A stretch of DNA of 63,955 nucleotides, filler included, from Reclinomonas americana ATCC 50394 (Eukaryota): the NCBI GenBank assembly GCA_048213135.1. It is 14 parts of 14 records of this genome, joined end to end, with 100 filler letters (N's around TTAATTAATTAA, not from the genome) between each part and the next. Parts side by side here need not be neighbours in the genome. Positions count along the whole stretch, not along the records: positions 34,480 to 47,058 come from AFZH01020896.1; positions 47,159 to 49,294 come from AFZH01020899.1; 12 more parts are not named here. One strand, 5' to 3'. Of this stretch, positions 37,562 to 48,389 are shown piece by piece (positions within the stretch are counted from its first letter, which is position 1; every line of letters begins with the position of its first letter). Both the position numbers and the translations under genes were made by a program. The notes beneath the pieces were generated by a model. That model worked only from the letters and a program-made list of their open reading frames with translations, did no database searches and was not told the DNA's origin.

Positions 37562-40500
37562 TCATTCTGCCTCCACCACTGTGGCGAAGCCGTTGTCGAG
37601 GACCCGTAGTGCCTCTTCGACTTTGTTGCTGTCCACCAGGAGGAAGTCCTCGGAATACCTGAGAAGTGAAAGGGAAGAGGGATGAGGGGGAAGGAAGAGG
37701 AGAAGAGTGAGGGGAAGGAGAAGAACAACAAGAACGAGCGGAGGGGAAAGGAGAAAGGAGAACAGGGAGAAGTGAGAGGAGATGGGAGAATGGTCATCAA
37801 GACAGCTGTTGCCGGCCGGTTTGTTGGTGAATGCAATGTTATTGAAGGAGAAAAGACAAAGAAAGAAAGCAGAGATGAGAGAGGAGACGGAGACAGGTAA
37901 TAACGGCAGAAAGGAAAGAGAAGCGGAGAACGAGAAGAGAAGAGACGAGTGAAAGGGAAGGACGACGAGTGGGAAATGAGAAAGAAGAAAGGAAGCGAAT
38001 AGACAAAGAGAAGAGAAGAGCGCAACAGTGGATGGGATGGAGGCGAAGAGAAGAAGATATGAGTGAAAGAATGGGAGGAGAAGCAGCGGAGCGCAGAAGC
38101 AAGCACAGGAGGAGAGGAGACATTGCGTACATGGAACAGGAGAAGATGCAGCAAAAAAACGAAGAAATGGAACAGCAGGTGAACACGAATGAGGATGAGA
38201 AAACATGACACGAATAGACGCGAGGAGTAGGACGTCAGGCATCAATGGGTGAGGCGAGGCAAGAAAGGAGAAGCACAGGAGGATGAGGGAAACTAGAGAA
38301 TGCGAGTGTGCGGCGAGGAGACGAAGAAAGAAAGAGGATGGGGGAAACTAGAGAATGCGATAGTGCGGCCAGGAGACGAAGAAAGAAACACACAGTTGAC
38401 GAAAGTGCGGGTTCTCGATCGTTTTTTTCGCGCGAGAGTGGGGCGAAGAGACGAGAAGGAATGCATGAGACGATACCTCGAAGAAAGGAACAGATGGAGA
38501 AGGGAGAAGAAGGAGTGAACCCTCGTTCGTTTTCCTCCATGTGCAGGATGCAGCAAACGAGCGAGGAGATGGGAAGTATTGAAGAGAAAGATGGGAAGAG
38601 GCGTGATGGGAGTCCTGCTTTTCTCTTTCAAACTTGAAGTCCGCTGCTCCCTCCCTTCCCCCTTTCCCCCTTTCCCCCTTTCCCCCTTTCCCCCTTTCCC
38701 CCTTTCCTCTCCCTTCTCCCTTCCCTCCCCCTCTGCACGCAACGTGGACAAGTAGAAAATGGAAATATGATGGCGCGCCAGCGGATTGCTGAGCATGTTG
38801 ACCGAGTGGTCGTCGCCCGAGCCCGACGCCGAGTTGCTCAACCGCATCGGCACCCACGACGACGAGTGCGCGACGAGCTTGTCACGCACTCGTGCCGGCA
38901 GCGACGCCCACCGCTCCTCCTCCACAATCACCGACACGTTCTTCTCGTCCCACGACATGGACAAGAAGTCACTGTTTGACAGGGAAAGTGAGCACGCCGC
39001 ATCTCTCCCTCCGACCCATTTGCAAGGCACGACGCAACCCTTCATCCAGCAAAAAGAGTCGCACAAACTCGGCCAGGCAGTGCTCAAAGAATACAGAGCG
39101 CTCCGCATGCACCGTCATCACCCTCCTCGTCAGCGGCTGCACGACCACGCGCTGCTCCTCCGGCACCGACTCGGCGTCGTCGGCGTCCGTGGCAACTGCC
39201 ACCACCGCGTCCTCTTCCCTGCGCTTGTCGGCCTTGAGTGCTCTGCTCAGGGCCTCGGTGGCCTCGACGAGTTCCTCCTCGCGCACGAGCAGGAGGTCCG
39301 AGTCGACGAGGGAGAGGTAGACGAGGGGGAGGTTGCGTTGGGCGAGGGGGCGGGCGAGGCCGGCGATGAGGCCGGTGGAGCCGAGGAGGTCGACGCCTTC
39401 CTCGACCTGGAGGGTAAAAGGGGAAGGAGTGAGGGAAAGGGGGATAAAGGGGAAGGGAGGGAGGGAAGGGGAAGGGAGGGGGACAAAGGGAAAGGGAGGG
39501 GGAGGGAGAATAAAGAGACAAGAGATAGAAAGAAAAATAAAGACAAGAAGAACGATGGAGTGGTCAAGGGAGAAAGAGGCAAGGCAGCAGGAAGAACAAG
39601 GAGATCAGCGAGAGGGAAAGAAAGACAAAACAAGAACATGACGAGACGAGTAGAGGCTGAGAGAGTGGGAAAGAAAAGACGGGAGCAAGGTAGAAAACAG
39701 GTGAAAGCAAGAACGGAGTGAGTCAGACAGAATGTGTATGTGTGTGTGAGAGAGAGAGAGGAGAGACACGAAGAACGAAACAAAGAGAATAAGTAACTGC
39801 AGTAGAACAAGGACGTCAGGAAGAGGGAATGAAAAACAACATGAACACATGACAAGGCATATTGAGGCCGTGAAGAGGAGAAGAAAGATAGGGAGTGCGC
39901 AAGAAAAGACAGAAGCAAGGCAGAGGACAGGTGAAACAATAGCGGAGTGGGTCAGGCAGAATGAGAGAGAGAGAGGAAAGAAAATAACCAAGGTAGAGAA
40001 AGCAAGGCCTCGGTGACAAGACCTTTGCAAGAAATGACGACAAAAAAGACAGAGGCCAAAAGTGAGAAAGAGAGAAGGAGAGTGGCAGATAGAATGAAGA
40101 GAAAGAGACGAGGCTGACAAAATACACACAACAACACCAACAAAACGAGAAAAGGGTACAGAAGACATCGAGAAACTGAAAGCGCAAGGAAACTGGCACA
40201 GATAGAGAGAGAGAGAGCGCGCGAGAGAGAGAGAGAGGAGGGAGTGGAAGCGAGAGAGACGCACAGAGCTGTCCAGGAAAATGGAGAGAAGCCGGAGACG
40301 GCTACAAAGGCTGCGAGGAAAAGGCAGGGCAGAAAAAGAAACTTGGAGAGCAAACAAGACAGAAAGAAGGAAAGTGAGACCACGAGAAGGACAGCAAGCT
40401 GCAAAGGGACACTGACCGCATAGGTATCGAGAAAGAGAATGACATGGAGTGGAAGCAAGAGAAAGTGGAATGAGAGAGACTGAATAGAACACAGAGAGAG

Positions 40501-41857
40501 AGAGAGACTAAATGGGAGCAGCAAGAAAGGCAGACAAGCAGGACAGGCGGATTGAGAGATAGCCCGCACGCAAGCCGCACAGAGAGCAGAGTGCACAAAC
40601 AAATAGTCTCGCAAGAAACAGGTTCGATATCACCGCCGAAAATACCTTGATGGCGCGATACGAGTCACTGCTCACGACAATGGCACTGCGCGTGTGGCCC
40701 GCTCCCACGGGCACTGGCACGCACTTGCTTTGCGCGGCGCGGACATCGGCGTCGGTCAGCAGCAATGAGAGGCCGCCTTCGTGTGTCCGCGTAATGTTGA
40801 GTACATTTGAGTCACTGCGCGCGCGCGAATGCACGTGAGACACACGGCCGAACGAATGCAGAGAGATGTGGACTTTCGTGGTGCGAGAAGTTGATGTCGT
40901 GCATGGGTTGACAGGCAGGCGAAGAGTGCAGGAAAAGCTGGGCTGCAAGATGAAGATTTAAGGAAGATAGACAACAAGAGTTCAAGGACAAGGATTGAAG
41001 GGGGTTGAGGAACAAGGGCCGAGGGTTCGTAGAAAGGGGGCTTGGGTGCAGAGTTTTGTAGGTAGAGGAGTGTTGGAGGTAGAGGGTCAAGGGCAAAGGT
41101 TGGAGTGCATGAAAAGCTCGTGGAATGGAGGAATTTGAAGAGCGGCGGAGGATATCGGAAACAGGGAATAGTGCAAGAGAATGGAGCACTGTGAGAGACA
41201 GAGAAGGAGTGCAGGCGCTCTTCCAACAGCTCAGAGTGAGAGAAGGGAAAGGAGAGCGAAAGGGAGATTCTCGTCAGCTCAGAGTGAGAGAAGGGAAAGG
41301 AGAGCGAAAGGGAGATTCTCGTGCGCGAGGAGAGTCGCCCGACCAAACATGCAATAAACAGAAAGAGCGAAAGAGGAGGAGGGAAGGAGAGAGGAGGGAA
41401 GAATGCTTTCAGAGGAGACACACTTGACTGAGAGAGAAGCAGGGGAGAAAAAGGGAAAAGAGTTCCGGAATCGAACACACGGCGTTGTTGTGATTGAGGG
41501 TTGGGAGGTGCATGCCACTCACTCATTCTCTCACGCACACAGACACACACAGACACGCACACACACTTCCTCACTCTCACATTGAGCAAGCACGGAGAAA
41601 TGCCACTGCAGTCAAAAAGAGACAAACTCTTTTCTCTCGAGTCCTCTTCTCACACACACATACACACAGCACCTTCTCTGCCTCTTTCTCTCTCTGTGTG
41701 AGAGTGTCTCCAGAGAGAGAGAGAGATGGACTCACCCGTGATAGAGCACATGCAACACGCCGAGAGCCGCGTGTGACACGTGCACGGGAGACACCGCGCA
41801 GAGGGAGAGTGTCTGGGTGAGTTGGCGCGAGGAGAGCGCAGGAAAGCGGGTTTGCAT
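37562..41857 (-). CDS. CASTOR/GATS-like tandem ACT-domain protein (exons 41857-41736, 40814-40646, 39406-~39033, ~38970-38744, ~37658-37562)
   Basis: Hand-splice is in phase. YRAIK|VEEGVDLLGSTGLIAGLARPLAQRNLPLVYLSLVDSDLLLVREEEL and VNMLSNPLARHHISIFYLST|YSEDFLLVDSNKVEEALRVL are two CASTOR_ACT signatures, each preceded by an N-type ACT-like segment. Confidence 0.8.
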
Positions 41858-42364
41858 GAGGAGGAGGTGTTCTCTTCGCGTGTGAGAAGTGGGAGACTTT
41901 TTTCGTGGTCGAAGATGCGGAGATTCCAATTATTGGCAGCTCTTTTTATTGGTTTTTTAAGGTGGCTGTGCAGGTGTGGAGGTGGGGGTGTATGAGAGAG
42001 TGTGGCGTGTGTGTGAGAGACAAGACAGCTGGCACTGCGGGGAGGTCGAGACAAGAAAGCGAACGCGACGTCGACGTCGAGAGTTTCTTGCTGCTTTCTT
42101 GGCGAGGGAGGAGGTGAAGGTGCTGCTGCAGGGAGGTCTGTGAGTGGCGCTGGTACATGCGCGTGAAAGTAGAGTGCATTTGGAGTCGTCGACGTCGCTG
42201 CAGAGTGTGCACTTGCTTTGTTGGCGATGTTTGAGGCGTGCACGAACACACTGGTTGGTTCGTCATCGGGGTCTGCAGGCAGTTCAAGAGGTTGCAAGCT
42301 GGTCACTGCATAGTCCTGTCATGCAAGTGTTAGTTTGTCAGAGGACCTGTCAGAGTGCACAACG
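41858..42364. promoter_or_regulatory. Probable bidirectional promoter between the CASTOR-like gene and the Ank-kinase gene
   Basis: The head-to-head ATGs are about 500 bp apart. CCAAT-T-ATTGG (CCAAT on both strands) lies at 41926-41936. Confidence 0.4.
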
Positions 42365-44584
42365 ATGGGTGCGGCGAAAGCGTGGAAGCTGGCGCAAGAG
42401 GGCGATGTGAAGGGACTGCGCAAGTTGGTGAAGAGCAAGGGTGCACAGACTCTGCTGAAGAGAGAGGAGATGGATGAGGGTGGCCTCTCGGCATTTTATT
42501 TTGCCGCTTCACGAGGCCATCTCTCTGTGTTGGAGTATTTGTGGGAGGAAAGTGGTGTCGGGCCACAACTCGCACAAATGGTCGACGACTATGGGTGGAC
42601 GCCACTGATGATGGCTGCCATCAATGGGCGTCTGCAAGTGGTGGAGTGGTTGCTTGCCGATGAGCAACGATGTCCGCCGGAGATGGTGCGGGCGGTTACC
42701 AAAGAAGAACAGTCCACTGCACTGCATTATGCTGCATTGTATGGCAAAGTAGCCATCGTGCGACTCCTCGCCACTCGCTTTCCCGACCTCATTCCCATGG
42801 TCAACAAGCGGGGCAAGACGGCGGCTCAATGGGCAGGCGGCAATAAGAAGCAAGTGGCCGAGTTACTCGGCCGCCTCGCTGCGCAGCCAGCACCACCACC
42901 TCGCCAACAACAACCACCGCAACAACAGCTACGCCCTGCTGCCTCCTCTCCATCCCCTAGGCCTCCATCACCGCCTCCGCGACAAGGTGTGACTCTTCTG
43001 CTGATGCGGACGCTCTCTCTTCCTGCTCGCTCACGCGTACGCTCTCCTCGCCCCATGCGCCTATCTGCATGACACACAGTTCCGGCGCGGCAGGTGAGAC
43101 TGACGCGCTTCTATCGCATCTGGTATGCACCGCGTGATTCCCGTCTCTCATGCTCTTGCTCTCCATGTGCAGGCTTCTGCACCGGTGGCTGCCAACGACG
43201 CCCCCGTGGCCCGCCAGCTTGCCGAGAAGGAAGCACTCAACGCCCAACTTCAGCGCGACCTCGCCGCAGCGCAGCAACAACAACAAGAGTGGGAACGGCA
43301 GCGACGAGAACATGAAAGCGCCGTGGCTCAGCTTCAACGAACAAACGCAGGGCTCCAACAGAGCAAAGCCGAGGCGGAGCAGAGGAGCACCCAACAGCAG
43401 CGATCGATCGAGGAGCTGCGGCAACGCAGCGCAGAGGAACACCAGAGGAACGTGCAAATGCAGCGTGTCAACGAGGAGCTGCAACTGAGCAACGCTGAAG
43501 TGCACCGGAGGAACGAAGAGCTGCAGCTGTCCAACGGAGAGCTGCAGCAACGCAACACTGAGGAACACCAGAGGAACGGAGAGCTGCAGCGACGCCTTTC
43601 TGAGGAGCAGCAGAGGAACGCTCAACAGCAGCGAACCATTACAGATCTCCAGCAACGCAGCGCAGAGGAGCAGCAGAGGAACGCGCAGTTGCAGCAAGGC
43701 AACACCCAGCTCCAAGCCGAACGGGATAGAGTCGTCTCTCTTTTGACTGTGGCTCTGCGTGACAAGGACGACCTCGCCGCGCAGCTGCAAGAAAAGGATC
43801 AACTCGTCTCCCAGTTGCGACAGGACCTCCTCCTCGCCCAAGGTCTGTCTCTCGTCCTGTTTCTTCGTGATGATGTGCTTCCGTGTTCTGTTCTGTGTCC
43901 TTTGTTCTCTCCATTTCTCATTTCCATTGACTTCCGCAGTCGACACCGCCGTGCAGCGTTTCGATTGGCCCGAGATCGTGCACGCCACCGACTCGTTCTC
44001 CCCACGCCTCAAGGTCGGCGAGGGTGGTCAGGGTGCCGTATTCATCACTTTGCTTCGCGAGATGCATGTGGCCATCAAGGTGCTCGACCCCGAGGCACCA
44101 TGGACGATGGAGTCGTTTGAGAGTGAGGTCTGTGTCTCTCTCTCTCTTCTGTTTCTCTCTATCTCTCTTTCTCCTCATTCTTCTCTTTTTCAGGTGGCCA
44201 CCCTCGGACGCCTGCGTGACCGTCGTATTGTGCCTCTTGTTGGCTACTCGGTAGGCGACGACAAGGCACGCTGTCTCGTGTACAAGGCCCTGCAGTGCGT
44301 GTTCATCTCTCTCTCTCATCAGTCATCGTCTCACTGAGGGAGCACACAGAATCCCCAACCTGGAAGATCTGTTGCTGCTGCCACGCGCCGGTCGTGCGCC
44401 ACTCACGGTCGTGCAGCGTGTGCAGATCGGCCTCGGGCTGGCCGAGGCCGTGGTGTTCTTGCACAAGGTCAGCTGGAAGAGAATGCCTTCTGCATCTTTC
44501 ATTCTTCCTCTGAGGCAGCCTTGCTCTCTTTGCTTGCACTACTTTCTCTCCTGTCGCTCACTTTGCCGTTCTCGTCTCTTCTTG

Positions 44585-44615
<31 letters not shown>

Positions 44616-45525
44616 GTCTCCTTCCTGATGTGCTTCCTGCATCGTGTCTCGCCTCGCCGTGCTTGTACTCGTTTCTCTTCTGTCACTCACTTTGCTGTTC
44701 GCTCCCAGTCCCACGTGTTCTCTACTACTCTCCCTCTCTCTTTCTCTCTCTTTCTCTCTCTCTCTCTTTCTGTCTGTCTGTCTTTCTGTGTCTGTCTGTC
44801 TGTCTGTCTGTCTGTCTTTCTTGTCTCCTCTCTCTCTCTCTCTTTCTGTCTGTGTGTCTCGCTCTGTCGCTTTCTCTTTCTCTAACTCTCGAGCTCTCTG
44901 TGTCTCTCTCTCTCTGTCTCTCTCTCTCTCTCTCTGCACCTCCCTGTTGTATTTTTCATGGTTTCTCCCTCGCCTCACTCACCTCCTCCCTCGCAGAATA
45001 ATGTCGTGCACCGCGACATCAAGCCCTCCAACGTGCTTCTCGATCACCGCTTCGAGCCATGCATTGGTGACTTTGGCATCGCAAGGTCGATTGCCGGAGG
45101 CAAGGTCTGCTCTTCTCTTCTCTTCCCTCTCTTTCTCGCCCTCGCTCACTCTCTCATCTCCCAAGTCAACTCCCGCCGCCGGCACGCCCGACTACATGGA
45201 CCCACTGGCCATTCGCGCTCGGCACCCCCTCCCGGAGCACGACGTCTACAGTATGGGCGTCGTGTTGGTGCAGCTGGTCACCACCAAACCGGTTGTGACG
45301 GTGGGCGAGTGGTCCCTCGCGTGGGATCGCTCGCCAGCCTCACTGCGCGTGATGGAGTTGGTGGACGGTGGAGTGGAGTGGACTCCGCGCATCGCCGAAC
45401 CGATGTTCGAACTCGGCATGCGATGCATGAGCGTGCGACGAGACAGACCGACGGCACAAGAGGCACTCGATGTGATGCGCTCGGTGCGCGAGGCGTGTGG
45501 GCAGTTCACGCTGGTTATTGATTGA
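42365..45525 (+). CDS. Ankyrin repeats + Gln-rich coiled coil + IRAK/Pelle/RLK-family protein kinase
   Basis: Ankyrins: GWTPLMMAAINGRLQVVEWLL. Kinase: QRFDWPEIVHATDSFSPRLKVGEGGQGAVF..VAIKVL..FESEV..LVGYS..CLVYK..VHRDIKPSNVLLD..IGDFGIAR..AGTPDYMDP..DVYSMGVVLVQLVT. All catalytic motifs are intact. Confidence 0.9.
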
Positions 45526-45748
45526 ATTGAAGGCAATGGTTGTGAGCTGAGAGTGGTGCCCGCTGGCGACTGTTTTCTTGGTCTCGAGCTCGATATCAAC
45601 GTCGCGACGTCGATCGGCATTCCTTCCCCGTTCCTCCTCCTGCTCCCTCCCACTGATGATCACCAAGCACCCACTTACTGCACTTGCAACGACTGCCACT
45701 CTTCTCACCACGCACAACGTCGCCTCCACACAGGACACTCACTCCCAA

Positions 45749-46130
45749 ATGATCACGCCGCGCTTTGATCATGAGTGCTCCCAAGATGACGACTACATCG
45801 TTACTCTCTCTCTCCTCTTGTCTGTCCCACTGCCTCTCTCTCACGTACTTTGACACACACAGACGGTCCTCATCCACGTCTCCCTCGTCCGCACACAAGA
45901 AATGGATTTCTACATCAGCGCTGCGGGCGCGAATTCAAATTCTACGTGCGCCCCTACTTTCTGCGCCTCCTCTTCCCCCACGAATTGGCCGACAATTCCG
46001 CACCACCAGAAGCAGAAGGAGCGCTGCAGGCAGAGACCACATACGACCCTGGCGCAGGCACAGTGAGTGTGCGATTGCCCAAGGCGGAACGCGGTCGCTT
46101 CTTTCCCGGATTGCACATGCATAGTGCCTA
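45749..46130 (+). pseudogene. SHQ1: SHQ1 5' duplicate, copy 1 (frameshifted)
   Basis: MITPRF..SQDDDYI plus the CS-domain exon, with a 6-nt insertion in exon 1 and a 5-nt insertion (ATCAGCGCTGCGGGCGCG vs ATCAGCGGGCGCG) in exon 2. Confidence 0.8.
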
Positions 46131-46334
46131 TGTGAGAGCAACAATATCGATCAAGCATTGACATTTCGATATCAACGTCGCGACGTCGAACGGCATTCCT
46201 TCCCCGTTCCTCCTCCTGCTCCCTCCCACTGATGATCACCAAGCACCCACTTACATTCTGCACTTGCAACGACTGCCACTCTTCTCACCACACAAGAAAC
46301 GTCGCCTCCACACAGGACACTCACTCACAACGAA

Positions 46335-46710
46335 ATGATTACCCCGCGCTTTGAGTGCTCCCAAGATGACGACTACATCGTTACGCTCTCCCCCTGAGTG
46401 TCTCTCTCTCTCTCTCTTTCTCTCACCCTTTGACACACCCACTGACAGACGGTCCTCATCCACGTCTCCCTCGTGCGCACACAAGAAATGGATTTCTACA
46501 TCAGCGGGCGCGAATTCAAATTCTACGTGCGCCCCTACTTTCTGCGCCTCCTCTTCCCCCACGAATTGGCCGACAATTCAGCACCACCAGAAGCAGAAGG
46601 AGCGCTGCAGGCAGAGACCACATACGACCCTGGCGCGGGCACAGTGAGTGTGCGATTGCCCAAGGCGGAACGCGGTCGCTTCTTTCCCGGATTGCACATG
46701 CTTAGTGCCT
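46335..46710 (+). pseudogene. SHQ1: SHQ1 5' duplicate, copy 2 (intact CS domain only, runs into the next repeat unit)
   Basis: MITPRFECSQDDDYI|TVLIHVSLVRTQEMDFYISGREFKFYVRPYFLRLLFP..YDPGAGTVSVRLPKAERGRFFPGLHMLS, then reads through to TGA at 46949. Confidence 0.65.
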
Positions 46711-46945
46711 ATGGTATAGCCGCTGCTCTCTCCCTTCCATCACAAAAGGTCGAGTCTAAGTACAACGAAAGCATTGACATTTCGATATCAACGTCGCGAC
46801 GTCGATCGGCATTCCTTCCCCGTTCCTCCTCCTGCTCCCTCCCACTGATGATCACCAAGCACCCACTTACATTCTACACTTGCAACGACTGCCACTCTTC
46901 TCACCACACACAAACGTCGCCTCCACACAGGACACTCACTCCCAA

Positions 46946-48288
46946 ATGATCACTCCGCGCTTTGAGTGCTCCCAAGATGACGACTACATCGTTACGCTCT
47001 CCCCCTGAGTGTGTGTGTGTCTCGCTCTCTCTTTCTCTCACTTTGACACAGACGGTGCNNNNNNNNNNNNNNNNNNNNNNNNNNNNNNNNNNNNNNNNNN
47101 NNTTAATTAATTAANNNNNNNNNNNNNNNNNNNNNNNNNNNNNNNNNNNNNNNNNNNNCGAGGCCAAGAGGCTGCAGCGCGCGACCGCCGGCGCCGCCGC
47201 CGCTGCCACCACCGAGAGCGACGAAAGTGCCGATCCCGACACCCGCTACGCCGCGACATTTCCGTGGACCGAGCCGGAGACCAAGACCATGTTGGCGCTG
47301 CCGAAAAAAGAATGTGCGTGCGCTCGCGTGTTTTCCTCTTTTTCTCCTGTTCCTTCTCACACTCGCGCGCGCGCGCGCGCACGCAGTCCTCGTGGAGAAC
47401 CCGCGCGTCCTGTACGTGGGCCTGGTGGATCTGCTCTTCGCCTACTGCTACAATCACCGCGTGACCGGCGGCGAGAACACGGTCGAGTCGGCGTGGACCA
47501 TTTGTACGCTGTCGTCGACGCTGTCGTGGTTGGATGTTGCGTGTGATTGCGCCCCGACGTGGTCCCTCGGGTCGTGGGGGAGCAACTGACGATATGCGTG
47601 CCAGGTGTTCTCCGACGTGGAGGAGTGCGTGGTCAGCTGCTTCCGACGAGCACTCTCCTATCCGTTGTATCGGCATTTCGGCTTGTGTGAGACGGTGAGC
47701 AGAAGAAGGAGTGTGGGGCGGTTTGGAGACGATGCCATAATTATGCATTTGTGCAGGTGCTCCGTGACGTGGCGACTGTGCTTTCGCTCGGACTGCCAAG
47801 GTGAGTAGCATTGGGGAGTTTCAGCGTGATGAAAGGTGACAGCGCATGATGTGAAGGGATGGTGAGAAGAGGGAGAAGAGGGGGAGAGACGTCGTAAGCT
47901 GCGATTGTTCTTCATGGCTTGCTTTGTTTTGGATCTCACTCTGTGCTGCGCCAGCGTCCTGCGATGTCTGCTGGAGATTCGCTACATTTTCGAGCACTCG
48001 GAGCCGCGCTACATTCTCAACAAGCTCTACATTGACGACTACTGCATTTGGATACAATCGCTGCGGTTTGTGTACAGTGGCGCACACTTCAAGTGGCAAG
48101 GGCCTTATCTCTCCCTCTCCTCCCACAGGTCTGGAAGTCTCAGACCGCTGCTGGAGCGAGTAGAGGCGTGTCACGTGAGCAAGGAGAGCATCGAGTGGCC
48201 GCTGGAGGCACTCGAATCGATTGCGGCAGAGGGAGGTGGAGAGGAGGAGGAGGAGGATATAGAGGAGCAGGACATAGAGGAGCGATGA
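46946..48288 (+). CDS. SHQ1: H/ACA snoRNP assembly chaperone SHQ1 (probable full-length copy, interrupted by a gap)
   Basis: Third MITPRFECSQDDDYI start. After the gap: GLVDLLFAYCYNHRVTGGENTVESAWTICTLSSTLSWLD, FRRALSYPLYRHFGL and RYILNKLYIDDYCIWIQ, which are SHQ1 domain motifs. Confidence 0.9.
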
Positions 48289-48389
48289 GGCGGAAAAAAG
48301 CGTTTGTAGACTGGCAAGGGTGATGAGGGAGTCTGCGGCTGAGTGCACTGGTTGCGAGTGAGAAAGAGAGAGAATGAGAAGAAGGCAAT

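Noticed and set aside
29640..41330. Short two-copy direct repeats (about 29690/29810, 38281/38336, 41227/41275)
   Set aside because: Simple local duplications in introns, with no terminal inverted repeats, target-site duplications or coding capacity to indicate mobile elements.
41650..42306. 218-aa minus-strand ORF in the divergent promoter region
   Set aside because: No ATG start and no domain. It overlaps the better-supported CASTOR-like exon 1 in another frame.
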